Positions 19,082-28,208 of a DNA stretch of 44,868 bases are shown here, in pieces (the stretch's first letter is position 1; each line of letters opens with the position of its first letter). A program made the position numbers and the translations under genes. The stretch spans positions 1-44,868 of the IMG/VR virus record IMGVR_UViG_3300042503_001575; one strand, given 5' to 3'. The DNA is from a virus (lineage: Duplodnaviria > Caudoviricetes). A model generated the notes under the pieces. The model had not been told where the DNA came from. It searched no databases and saw only the letters and a program-made list of their open reading frames with translations.

Positions 19082-19714
19082 TTAGTTATTATTGTCAATG
19101 CCATCGTTACTCTGATCTATAGGCCTTGATTTTTCAAATACCAATTGTGCTTTGATGTACTCAATAACTACTGGCATATAATCATCAGGAACTATTAATG
19201 TTGAATTTAAATCTGTTGAATCACCTCCACTAACCATTCTTAAAGTTGCCTTATATGATGTTAAAGGTATTGAACTTTTTACATAAATATTATTACCTTC
19301 AATCCAATAAGCTATTTTATTTTGAATAGGCCTTAATAACTCTTGATAAGCTACCTGATTCATACTTAAAGGAATAGCTGTTTGTGATGTTTTCTTATCC
19401 CCAACAAATTGCAATGTAGCAACACCTTCATCTCTCCCTAATGCAACAGGTATAGATGGCAAATCAACCCTATAAGTAACATTATCTACCGTTTCTGCAT
19501 ATATATCTAAATTCTTAAATGTAGTATAAAAAGAATTATTTATATAAGACACACCATCCATTTGAATGTTATCTGTATAATTCTTTTTAGCAGCCACTCC
19601 AATAGCATCATTAAGCCATTGGTTAACTAATCCGTATGTAATATTAGAATCATCAGATGGCTGTCCGTTATATATCTGTCTTAATATTCTTTCTATTAAT
19701 TGATACCTAGTCAT
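19082..19714 (-). CDS. Tail ring / adaptor protein
   Basis: DLPSIPVAL, YWIEGNNIYV, VPDDYMPVVIE, DQSND C-terminus; synteny. Confidence 0.6.
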   Translation of the reverse strand: MTRYQLIERILRQIYNGQPSDDSNITYGLVNQWLNDAIGVAAKKNYTDNIQMDGVSYINNSFYTTFKNLDIYAETVDNVTYRVDLPSIPVALGRDEGVATLQFVGDKKTSQTAIPLSMNQVAYQELLRPIQNKIAYWIEGNNIYVKSSIPLTSYKATLRMVSGGDSTDLNSTLIVPDDYMPVVIEYIKAQLVFEKSRPIDQSNDGIDNNN

Positions 19715-20382
19715 TATTGTCCAGTTTGGTTTATTTGATTAGCATATTGCATCACCGCTCCGTCTTGTAAATTTAATCCAATTAACTTTAATGCACGAGT
19801 AATAATTTCAAGATTATCTATTTCTGCCCAAACAGGCTGTACGCTTGAGCCAGCATTATAAACAGGCCTTCCGCTCACTGTAGTAAAACCCCAAACAATA
19901 GCTGGTGCAGATTTTACATAAGACATAACAGCCGTACCTAATGTTTTAGGGTAAAACTGAAATTGATTATTTTCTAACAAGTATATTGGATTATCCGCAA
20001 TTGGATCAATTTGACTATTGTAATAAGAATATAATTTATCTTGAGAAACAAATACAATTCTATCTAATCCGTTAGACTTCCACATAGCGTCAACTTGCAA
20101 GAAATCAGCTGGCGCTGGAGCAACCCCAGTTCCGCTATTTATAGTCAAAGTAGATTCTGCAATCAAAGGGGTTAATCTTTGTCTAGTATTTTCATTTTGA
20201 CTATAATTAATTCTAGCTTGAGGCCTTCCGTATTGATATTGCTGAAATTCACCCATCAAATAGTCTTGATATGAAATCTGCGCTTGATTTATAGTCAGAT
20301 TAAACTCTGCCGGAGTTAGATAGCCATTCTGCGCCTTATTAACCGCAAATTGGCAAATACGATACATATCATTAACATTCAT
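19714..20382 (-). CDS. Tail tubular A-like / first ring protein
   Basis: NKAQNGYLTPAEFNLTINQAQ..Y and YVK.P...WG motifs, as in crAss-related ring proteins. Confidence 0.7.
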   Translation of the reverse strand: MNVNDMYRICQFAVNKAQNGYLTPAEFNLTINQAQISYQDYLMGEFQQYQYGRPQARINYSQNENTRQRLTPLIAESTLTINSGTGVAPAPADFLQVDAMWKSNGLDRIVFVSQDKLYSYYNSQIDPIADNPIYLLENNQFQFYPKTLGTAVMSYVKSAPAIVWGFTTVSGRPVYNAGSSVQPVWAEIDNLEIITRALKLIGLNLQDGAVMQYANQINQTGQ

Positions 20383-20399
20383 TGAAATAAGTTATACAA

Positions 20400-20407
20400 C
20401 AAATATA
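20400..20407 (-). promoter_or_regulatory. Bacteroidota -7 promoter box TATATTTG (tail operon)
   Basis: Consensus match 17 nt before the ATG at 20382, just downstream of a terminator. Confidence 0.65.
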
Positions 20408-20419
20408 CGAAAAAGTAAT

Positions 20420-20452
20420 AAAAAAGCCCCGTAATTTTTAGGCTACGGGGAC
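20420..20452 (-). terminator. Intrinsic terminator
   Basis: Minus strand CCCCGTA-loop-TACGGGGC-TTTTTT. Confidence 0.8.
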
Positions 20453-20475
20453 TTCTTTTATAAAGGGGGATAGTA

Positions 20476-21366
20476 TTAAACTAGCTTTTTTAATTGCTCT
20501 AAAAAGGCCCTACTTTCATCTTGAGGGAACATTGCAAAATCAACCAAGTAATTCTGTGGTTTTTTATCGGCAGGTATTTTGCAGATAAATCCACCATCAC
20601 CTGACCAATAAGCTGAACCTCTCTTAGTAGCGGTATCTATTTTATTATCAATTAATGCTTTTTTAACAATGAAAGCAATTTCAACTTCTTTAGAACCAGC
20701 GCTTTGCATAAACTTATTAGGTTGTGCTTCAGCGTAAAGTTCATAGTCATTCCTTAATGCTTCTAGTGATTTAGGCATACCTAATTCATCTACAAATGAA
20801 ATTCCAAGATAATTACAGTGCTTGCGCATATCTTCGTCAGAAGCTAATGAAGCATACTTAATAGCTTCAACTTTAGCAACTCTCTTAGCACGTTCAAGTT
20901 CCGCTGTTCTTTGAGGATTCCATTGAAAGAATGTAACTTTTCTTGTACCTTTTCTATTAGCATTATCAAGGTTAGCGTTACATAGACTTAGAAACTCAAG
21001 AGCCTCTACGTCATATTCTGCTACTCTTAAAACTCTTCTATCAAAGATTAAGCTTCTTCTGTTTTGCTCTACAAATGATTTTTCTAGGCCTTTTTGATCT
21101 TCAACCCAAATGCTTGGATATCCTCTCAAAAGTCTAATTCTCTCCATTCTGCCTTTCTTTTCGTTCCAAACATCATCAATACCTTCCATGTGGTATTTAC
21201 CATTTTTCTTGGTATCTGATAATTTGAAAATCTTAAAAGTATTACCGGTAGCCACTGGAGCCTCATTGAGAGCTGCTGTAGATTCTTCGTATTGTCTTGA
21301 TTGTACTACTTCACTTTGTTGTGAAAAATTGGATTCTTGTATACCAATTGCCTTTAAACGAGCCAT
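20476..21366 (-). CDS. Conserved head-associated protein (possibly portal-vertex auxiliary)
   Basis: 296 aa, immediately after the MCP locus; RLLRGYPSIWVEDQ motif. Confidence 0.5.
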   Translation of the reverse strand: MARLKAIGIQESNFSQQSEVVQSRQYEESTAALNEAPVATGNTFKIFKLSDTKKNGKYHMEGIDDVWNEKKGRMERIRLLRGYPSIWVEDQKGLEKSFVEQNRRSLIFDRRVLRVAEYDVEALEFLSLCNANLDNANRKGTRKVTFFQWNPQRTAELERAKRVAKVEAIKYASLASDEDMRKHCNYLGISFVDELGMPKSLEALRNDYELYAEAQPNKFMQSAGSKEVEIAFIVKKALIDNKIDTATKRGSAYWSGDGGFICKIPADKKPQNYLVDFAMFPQDESRAFLEQLKKLV

Positions 21367-21408
21367 AAAATGGTTTTTAAATGTTTAAAATTAATACATG
21401 TCATCAAT

Positions 21409-22287
21409 TTAGTTCCATGTATCTGAATAAATAAAAATATGTCCTGTTCTGATAGGTCTTAAATTGTTATATTGGGCTGCCCTATTTATCGTTGTTTTCG
21501 GTATTTTTAATTCTTCCGAAGCTTCTAAAGCCGATGGATATTCCTTTATAACATTCAATTCCTTGTCCAAATATAACACTTTTCTTTTAGAATTAGCAAA
21601 TACCAACCCTTTTGTTTTTATTTTTAATGGATAATTTTCATTTTTATTAACAAAAAAATACTTCCCCAAACAACAACTATTTTTTAATACAGCATCTCTT
21701 ATAAAACCAGCTGGCTTATTTATCCATAATCCAGCAGCCGTATATGACTCAAATTCTTCAATAAAATTACCATCCAAATCATAACATAAAACTGGAATTA
21801 TTTTTAATTTTCTACTTTTTTCTACTCCCCATTTAGGTACTTGTATATTATGTTCTTTATTGTATTTTTTAACCCTTTCCGATATTTCTTTTTTTAATTT
21901 TTCAGTATGGTGTTTACCTAAAAATGGAACACCATTTTTATACAAATTATTTATAACAATAGCTTTTCTTCTTTCATCTAATTTACCTCTTTGCCCCTCT
22001 CCACCCAATGTCATATTCATTCCCATCGGATTATCACCGTTAAAAGTATTTAATTCTTTAATCCAAAACATTTCTCTTTCATTAATAATATCATCACTAC
22101 ATTCTTCAATAATTTCAAAAACATGTTCATCAAAACCATATTTTTTAAAACTATTAATAAGAATCATGTGAAAAACATTTTTCTTATTTACTGAACTTTT
22201 ATGAGATATTAATCTTTTTTTAAAATTCCATGTTTTCCCAACATACTCCCTACCATTGGGACTCGTTACTTTATATATTATACCCAT
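21409..22287 (-). CDS. GIY-YIG homing endonuclease with NUMOD3/NUMOD1-type DNA-binding repeats
   Basis: MGIIYKVTSPNGREYVGKT..R..H, EREMFWIKELNT..GMNMTLGGEG, FLGKHHTEK, YDLDGNFIEEFES; ATG at 22287 preferred over the ORF-track start at 22323. Confidence 0.9.
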   Translation of the reverse strand: MGIIYKVTSPNGREYVGKTWNFKKRLISHKSSVNKKNVFHMILINSFKKYGFDEHVFEIIEECSDDIINEREMFWIKELNTFNGDNPMGMNMTLGGEGQRGKLDERRKAIVINNLYKNGVPFLGKHHTEKLKKEISERVKKYNKEHNIQVPKWGVEKSRKLKIIPVLCYDLDGNFIEEFESYTAAGLWINKPAGFIRDAVLKNSCCLGKYFFVNKNENYPLKIKTKGLVFANSKRKVLYLDKELNVIKEYPSALEASEELKIPKTTINRAAQYNNLRPIRTGHIFIYSDTWN

Positions 22288-22321
22288 AAAAAAGTGGCAC
22301 CCTGTTTTATCAGAGTGCCAC
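22288..22321 (-). terminator. Intrinsic terminator after the major capsid gene, abutting the GIY-YIG start
   Basis: Minus strand GTGGCACTCTG-ATAAAA-CAGGGTGCCAC-TTTTTT-ATG. Confidence 0.75.
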
Positions 22322-22348
22322 AAAATTAAGATATTAAATGATTAACAC

Positions 22349-22356
22349 CAAATATA
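22349..22356 (-). promoter_or_regulatory. Bacteroidota -7 promoter box TATATTTG
   Basis: Consensus match just after the MCP stop; a second TAATTTTG at 22321-22328. Confidence 0.5.
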
Positions 22357-22363
22357 AAGGAAA

Positions 22364-23776
22364 TTAGTTTCCTTGTAAGATAATAAACTGATTTGCAGCG
22401 CAAACTCTTGTTCCGCGGTAGGTTATCATCGCAATTTGATTAGTCATTGTACCATCTGTAGGATTAGGAGATCCACCACCAAATTGCCATACACGAATAC
22501 CGTTACCAACAGTACCGCCCACAGGAGGCTGCTGATACATGATAGTAATGTTCTTGTAAGCTTGAGCGGTTTTTGCATCCTTAGTTTCACCCATTGGATA
22601 GATTAAACCAAAATTACGGAAGTAATCTACGTTAGGAGTTAAACCAGTCGTAACCTCAGTGTTGAATTGAGAGTACTTCTTAACAGATAATAAGTAACCG
22701 TCAATGAAGATTTCTTGGAAGCCATAAGCAACAGAAGCTTCTTTTGACTTTTCGCCTTGACCATAAACGAAAGCACCAGCAGGGTATGCAGCGAAGATAC
22801 CATCACTGAAGTCTTGTCTTTGGAAGATATCACACAACCAAGCAGATTGCTTAGCACAACCATTAACGTCCATGATACGAGTAATCTCATGAAGTTTAGC
22901 AATATCAAGTGTACCCGGAGTGTAACCAACAGTTTCACCGTCAGCAACTACTTTAGGAATGATACCTACAGAACCTTGAGAATTAGAATCAATAGCGTTA
23001 TTGTTTTGCAAATTACCACGCATTAATTTAGCTTCTACGTTGTTTTTGAAACGTACAAGTGTTTTGTACATACCTTTGTATGTAAATGCAGTAGCACCGT
23101 TTGCAGCCATATCAGGAGATACAGGGAACTCATAATATGTTTCAGCCATTTGTGCTAAGTCGGTATTACTCCAACCATCACGAATTTCTGTTACATAGTT
23201 ATCATATCTTTGATCCAATTGGATTAAAGGATTGATTTGAGTTGAAGCTTCACCAGCATCAGCGTCACCGCCAAATAATAAAACCTCACCAGCAAGTAAT
23301 GAGTTTACACCAGCAGAAGCAAAACGCTGACCAGTTTGTTTAGGAGCAACTTCAAATGTGAAAGCAAAAGGAGTTGAATCATCAATTGAAACGATAACAC
23401 CTTCTACGTTTGAAGAAGCAACACGCAAAGTTTCTTTTAATCTCAATGGAGATTGAGTACCATTGTTATAGTACGCCTCTTGACCAAGAGTTAAAACCAA
23501 AGTTCCACCAACAGGTGCTGCTACAGTTGATTCGTTTGTAACACCCGGCATTAATTTACCGCGGTTTTCAAACCAGAAGTAGTTTAAGTTTTTAACTTCT
23601 TCCATTCCACTATGAGCTGCTAACCACCAAGTAAAATCTTCATTACCGTACTTTTGAGTGTACTGCTTGTAATACTGTGGTGTTAATAATTGTAAGTCAA
23701 CCATCAGTTGACGATTCTGCGACTGTAACGATATTGAACCCGGTTGCAGAATATTAGAGGTAGGTATTCCTGCCAT
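22364..23776 (-). CDS. Major capsid protein
   Basis: 470 aa after portal and scaffold; YFWFENRG, RFKNNVEAKLMRG, GSVGIIPKV, YGFQEIFIDGY, TYRGTRVCAANQF pattern of HK97-fold crAss-related MCPs; codon usage typical of high expression. Confidence 0.85.
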   Translation of the reverse strand: MAGIPTSNILQPGSISLQSQNRQLMVDLQLLTPQYYKQYTQKYGNEDFTWWLAAHSGMEEVKNLNYFWFENRGKLMPGVTNESTVAAPVGGTLVLTLGQEAYYNNGTQSPLRLKETLRVASSNVEGVIVSIDDSTPFAFTFEVAPKQTGQRFASAGVNSLLAGEVLLFGGDADAGEASTQINPLIQLDQRYDNYVTEIRDGWSNTDLAQMAETYYEFPVSPDMAANGATAFTYKGMYKTLVRFKNNVEAKLMRGNLQNNNAIDSNSQGSVGIIPKVVADGETVGYTPGTLDIAKLHEITRIMDVNGCAKQSAWLCDIFQRQDFSDGIFAAYPAGAFVYGQGEKSKEASVAYGFQEIFIDGYLLSVKKYSQFNTEVTTGLTPNVDYFRNFGLIYPMGETKDAKTAQAYKNITIMYQQPPVGGTVGNGIRVWQFGGGSPNPTDGTMTNQIAMITYRGTRVCAANQFIILQGN

Positions 23777-23825
23777 AATATTTAGTTTTTAATTTTTAAG
23801 ACCTTCTCCAAGGGCAATATTTAAG

Positions 23826-25022
23826 TTACGAACTAAAAGCCCAGTTAGCCAATTGCTCCTGAATAGCAGCATTTGGATTTAGACTTGGAGCCGTTCCTTG
23901 TGGAGTTGGGTTTTGGTTAAGGCTAATGTTACCACTTTTCTTTATGTGAGCTAACAACCTTTGGGATGCAGCCTCATTTGCCACCTTTTGCAAGATTTTA
24001 GGCAGATTTTCAAGAACATATTTGTCGGACATTATTTGTCTTACATTTGGCTTTCCTTCCTCGTCAAACCATCTGTTTTCTAAATAAGCTTCTCCATCAA
24101 AATCTGATAGTTCTTGCTTTAACGCCAATCTCTCATCTTCTGCTACGTTAAACGAAATCGGTATTTCAACATCATTGTCTTTAACCGAAACATTAAACCC
24201 ATTAAAAGATTGAAATTCAGAATCTAGTGTTTTTTCATAAACAGACCTAGCTTGTTGCAAATATTCAAATTCCTCTTGATATTGCGCCTCCCTTCCGGCC
24301 TCATTATAAATATCTGGTAGCTTTATTTCACTTTTTAACTTTGCTATTTCTGGTCTAAGCACTTTTGCTTCAATCATCAGACGTTTCTCTGTATAATCAG
24401 CTTGTGCTTGCCAAGATTTTAACTTTTCAGCGTAATCCTCGTCAGTTTCATCATAACCTTGTTCAGGTTTCAAAGGTACGAAAAATTGGTCATAAAATAA
24501 AAGATCAACTTCGTCAGTACTCAAATCCTTAAACTTGTTTTGAATGTTTGTTTTTACAATCTCAGCTGCAATTTCAGTTGTTAATTCAGAATTAGTTAAT
24601 TTATCAAGTCTTTTTTGCTCATTTAATATTTGATAAACATCGTCAGTCTTACCTTCTTTAATTGCATCAAAAAGAGTTCTACTTACATCATCAGAAAAAT
24701 CAAATTTAGGAGCATTTTCTCTTTCTTCAATTAATTTCAAAAACTCCTTTTCAGCTTCCTCTACTGTATCAAAACCAAACCTTTCTTTAATAAAAGAATC
24801 TGGATTAAAAGCAGATTGTTCTGGTTGTTGTGCTTGTTGTTGTTGTTCACTAACTATTGGTTCCGGAGAAACATTAGAAGTATTATCAACATTTTGTTGT
24901 TCATTTGCAGTAGGGGCTACTTCTACTTGCGGTTGCACTTGTGGTACAACATCTTCATCCGAAAACGGATTGTAACCTTCTGCCAGCTTTATTGGGGCTG
25001 ACATGTCTTGATTTTCTAGCAT
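23826..25022 (-). CDS. Probable capsid scaffolding protein
   Basis: Highly acidic, disordered N-terminus, directly upstream of the MCP. Confidence 0.65.
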   Translation of the reverse strand: MLENQDMSAPIKLAEGYNPFSDEDVVPQVQPQVEVAPTANEQQNVDNTSNVSPEPIVSEQQQQAQQPEQSAFNPDSFIKERFGFDTVEEAEKEFLKLIEERENAPKFDFSDDVSRTLFDAIKEGKTDDVYQILNEQKRLDKLTNSELTTEIAAEIVKTNIQNKFKDLSTDEVDLLFYDQFFVPLKPEQGYDETDEDYAEKLKSWQAQADYTEKRLMIEAKVLRPEIAKLKSEIKLPDIYNEAGREAQYQEEFEYLQQARSVYEKTLDSEFQSFNGFNVSVKDNDVEIPISFNVAEDERLALKQELSDFDGEAYLENRWFDEEGKPNVRQIMSDKYVLENLPKILQKVANEAASQRLLAHIKKSGNISLNQNPTPQGTAPSLNPNAAIQEQLANWAFSS

Positions 25023-25046
25023 AAATGCTTATTTTGTTTTTCGTTA

Positions 25047-25313
25047 TTAATCTATAACTATAGAGCCATCTACATCAATTGTAATGGCGTATTTTACACT
25101 AGTATTTGTTAACAACTGAATACCATACCAATCAGAACCGTTTCCATATACTGGTTGGATTAAGTCGCTTTCCGTATATAGAATATTGGCACCGCTCAAA
25201 GTTGAGGTAGTTGCATAAACTATTCTAGTTCCTTGTAAAACTCCAACATTATAAGCTTCCCCAGCTGTTGGATATGTATTTTTAGATAAAACGTATGCTA
25301 CTGAATTTGCCAT
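25047..25313 (-). CDS. Small virion protein; distant paralogue of the duplicated tail module
   Basis: ILYTESDLIQPVYGNGSDWYGI..ITIDVDG versus ILYTDSGGTTPFVGNPADEYGI..IEINGSG. Confidence 0.55.
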   Translation of the reverse strand: MANSVAYVLSKNTYPTAGEAYNVGVLQGTRIVYATTSTLSGANILYTESDLIQPVYGNGSDWYGIQLLTNTSVKYAITIDVDGSIVID

Positions 25314-25336
25314 TTTATTTTATTTTTATTTAATTA

Positions 25337-25720
25337 TTATGGTGCAGTTGTGGTTGTAGTGGTATTTGCAGAACCTTGTAATAATAAATATTGACCAATA
25401 ATACCAAATGCAACAATACCACTTGCGTTAATTGATGATACATCTGCTTTAGTTGTCAAATTAACTCCTAAAACTGTAACCCAGTTAATTGGAACCTCTG
25501 GTGCTGGTAATAATTGTCCTGTAATAGAACCATTGTCATTCGTAGTACTAAAACTAACTGTGCCAGATGTTCCTACAAATTGAACTACAGCAGAGTCCCA
25601 TCCAGACAAGTCTTGATAAAAAGAATTATTTGTGTTAAATGACTCAGTTGCATCTACAACTGTACTAATTTTAGAACTAAATTTTTGAAGTCTTATTAAG
25701 AGCTTGCTTACCGTTGCCAT
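25337..25720 (-). CDS. Small beta-rich virion protein with a TTTTTTAP tail
   Basis: Beta-strand composition; lies between portal and scaffold. Confidence 0.55.
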   Translation of the reverse strand: MATVSKLLIRLQKFSSKISTVVDATESFNTNNSFYQDLSGWDSAVVQFVGTSGTVSFSTTNDNGSITGQLLPAPEVPINWVTVLGVNLTTKADVSSINASGIVAFGIIGQYLLLQGSANTTTTTTAP

Positions 25721-25754
25721 TTTGTTTTATTTTATAGTTTATTTATTATTGTAT

Positions 25755-28151
25755 TTACATTTGTTCTTGCATTTCAGGTTCTTGTTGAAGCTCCATTTGC
25801 TCCCCTTGATAACCCTCTTCCATTTCCTGCTGCTGCATTTGTTCCATTTCAGCTTGTTGTTGTTGTGCCAACGCTTGCTGTTGTTGCTCATTTTGAACAG
25901 ATATTGGAACCGTTACATTCTGTAACATGTTTGCAACTAATGTCTGAAGCTCTGCTGGTACAGGAATATTTGCTTTTGCAAGGTCAAAAACACCTTGTAA
26001 AATAATTTCCTTTTCTTTAGCTAAAGACCTTTGCTGCTCAATAGAACTATCTGCTTGCATCTTAGCCTGAATACTAGCTTGTTGAGCTTCTGCATTTTGC
26101 TGAGAATTAATCATAGCTTTTTCCTGCTCTGTTTTTATGTATCTCTTTTGGGCTTGTCTAAAATACAATTCACCAAGTTCCACATTATCTTTAGCCATTC
26201 TCATTGCTTTAAATGGATCTAAATAAATCACTAGTTGAGGATTAGATGCAATAGCATTATTCATCATTGCTTGTAAAGTAGCTATTTGAACATCATCAGG
26301 CATCATTTTTATAGAAGCAATAAAGTTTCTATCTTTTACATCATCTTGATTCAATAAATCGCTATATCTTTTAGAGCCATGAGTAACACTTTTGTTTATC
26401 AAGCAAGAAACTTTTTTAGCTGTTTCTTCCATTACATAAATGTACGCATCGTACATATACTCGGTAGCATTATTAGCAAGAACTCTTGAGGCTTCAATAT
26501 TAGAAGCAGCTACTCTTGGCTGTGCAGCTTGATTCATTAAATTAGGATCATCACCTAATTCATCTTTTAATACTTGATAATGGAATTGATATAATTGTAT
26601 TAATGCATTTAATTGAGGCGCAAATCCAGTATTAGCTAATTCTGTAATTGGAACAGGAATACGATTACCTTCAGCATCTCTACCGCGATAATAAAGTTTA
26701 CCTGTTTGTTCCCATATCTTTTGAACATCAATAGGTTTTACAGAATCTCCCAATCCTAAATCAAGCTCTTGTAATGCATCAACATCAATTGCCGCACCTG
26801 CTGGTACCATCTTAGCTACAAGTTGTTGTATCTTTAATCTAGCTAAAATCATTTGCTCAATAGGCTCTTCAATTTTTTCTGGTACAGCTACGTTACGCAT
26901 GTCATAAGGATCATACATGTAAAAGCTATAAGAAAACTCAGCATTGCCTATTTCTTTTGGATCTTGTGGACGAATCATGTTTTTCTTAATTCCCCAATGA
27001 ATCATCTTTTGAGTAACTGGGCAATAAACACCATGATAAATATTCCACTTCTTTTCTTCTAAATATTCTTGATTTTCATCTAATTTTTCTGGCTTACCTT
27101 TTTTGATAATAGTGCTACCGTTCTTTTTTGTTTTTGTAACAGTATAGCCATCAGAATCTAAGGTGCGAATTTCAAAATTCACCAAATCAATATTCCACTC
27201 ATCATAAGGTCTTAACCAAGCAACATTCCAATCTTGCATCCACTTAATCTTATCAGTAAGTTGATATTCTTTTGATGATTGAGCTAACTGAAATATATCT
27301 TCTTCAGAAAGTATTCCTCCTGCTGCTTCGCTATATCTTGCTCTTATTTCACTGATTTTCATTGAAAGGATATGCCCTCTATATGTAGTATCTCTAAAAT
27401 CAGGAAAATCAGAATATGAATAGATGGCATTTTCTGGTCTAATCCATTGTACATGAACTTCACCTTCTTCATCCATCCAAGTATATGTACAAACCAATCC
27501 AACTTCTGCTGAATCATGTAACAACCTTTGTTTTAAAACATCGTTCCAACCATTAGCTTCAAAAACATTATTACAACCAATGCTGTATAATATTTCTTCT
27601 GGCAAATGATTAAACTCCATTATCCATTGATCTAACTCGTCCTTATCTTCTGCAACAAATTTATCTTTTGGAATAATTTCAACACCAGACTCTTGCTGAA
27701 GTTGCGCAAGTGTTTCTTTGTTTCTATATAAAAATTCAGCTTCATCTGCTTGCCTTTGTTTCAACATTGCAGAAGCTGTATCATTAGCATTAACCTTAAT
27801 CTTCTCTTTACGACTCATCCATGAACCAACTAATCTAGCAATAATAGTGTTACCTATGATAATTGATTTCCAGTTAATATTTACAAAATTAGCTTTACCA
27901 TTCATTTCTAACCTATCCATAAACACACTCATGTCTACTTTACCGTTAGCAATTTGTCTGTTTTTTCTAAATCTATTATTTCTTAACCAAAAATAAGTTT
28001 GGTTACCATAAATTGTAGAATAAATATTTTGGGCAACATTTTTACCGTATAAATAATCTTTTTTAGACGCTACATCAGTAGTAATTTGGAAGTCTTTAAG
28101 TGACTGTCCGCTACTATTTGCTGAAGATATGTATAAAGGACTCTCTGCCAA
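25755..28151 (-). CDS. Portal protein
   Basis: About 800 aa following TerL; RLKIQQLVAKMVPAGAAIDVDAL, QTGKLYYR, helical Gln-rich C-terminus; TTG start at 28151 inferred (ORF track gives 28172). Confidence 0.85.
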   Translation of the reverse strand: MAESPLYISSANSSGQSLKDFQITTDVASKKDYLYGKNVAQNIYSTIYGNQTYFWLRNNRFRKNRQIANGKVDMSVFMDRLEMNGKANFVNINWKSIIIGNTIIARLVGSWMSRKEKIKVNANDTASAMLKQRQADEAEFLYRNKETLAQLQQESGVEIIPKDKFVAEDKDELDQWIMEFNHLPEEILYSIGCNNVFEANGWNDVLKQRLLHDSAEVGLVCTYTWMDEEGEVHVQWIRPENAIYSYSDFPDFRDTTYRGHILSMKISEIRARYSEAAGGILSEEDIFQLAQSSKEYQLTDKIKWMQDWNVAWLRPYDEWNIDLVNFEIRTLDSDGYTVTKTKKNGSTIIKKGKPEKLDENQEYLEEKKWNIYHGVYCPVTQKMIHWGIKKNMIRPQDPKEIGNAEFSYSFYMYDPYDMRNVAVPEKIEEPIEQMILARLKIQQLVAKMVPAGAAIDVDALQELDLGLGDSVKPIDVQKIWEQTGKLYYRGRDAEGNRIPVPITELANTGFAPQLNALIQLYQFHYQVLKDELGDDPNLMNQAAQPRVAASNIEASRVLANNATEYMYDAYIYVMEETAKKVSCLINKSVTHGSKRYSDLLNQDDVKDRNFIASIKMMPDDVQIATLQAMMNNAIASNPQLVIYLDPFKAMRMAKDNVELGELYFRQAQKRYIKTEQEKAMINSQQNAEAQQASIQAKMQADSSIEQQRSLAKEKEIILQGVFDLAKANIPVPAELQTLVANMLQNVTVPISVQNEQQQQALAQQQQAEMEQMQQQEMEEGYQGEQMELQQEPEMQEQM

Positions 28152-28169
28152 TTTGAATATATTTTGTGT

Positions 28170-28177
28170 CAAATATA
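28170..28177 (-). promoter_or_regulatory. Bacteroidota -7 promoter box TATATTTG (head operon)
   Basis: Consensus match between TerL and portal. Confidence 0.6.
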
Positions 28178-28208
28178 CTAAATCTCTGCAATTTAATAAA
28201 AATTTTAA

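Noticed and set aside
21409-22363. Group I intron around the GIY-YIG gene
   Set aside because: The flanking genes look complete and the flanks are too short for a ribozyme core.
22639-23026. Overlapping ORFs inside the major capsid gene
   Set aside because: Alternative-frame products of biased codon usage, with no motifs or expression signals.
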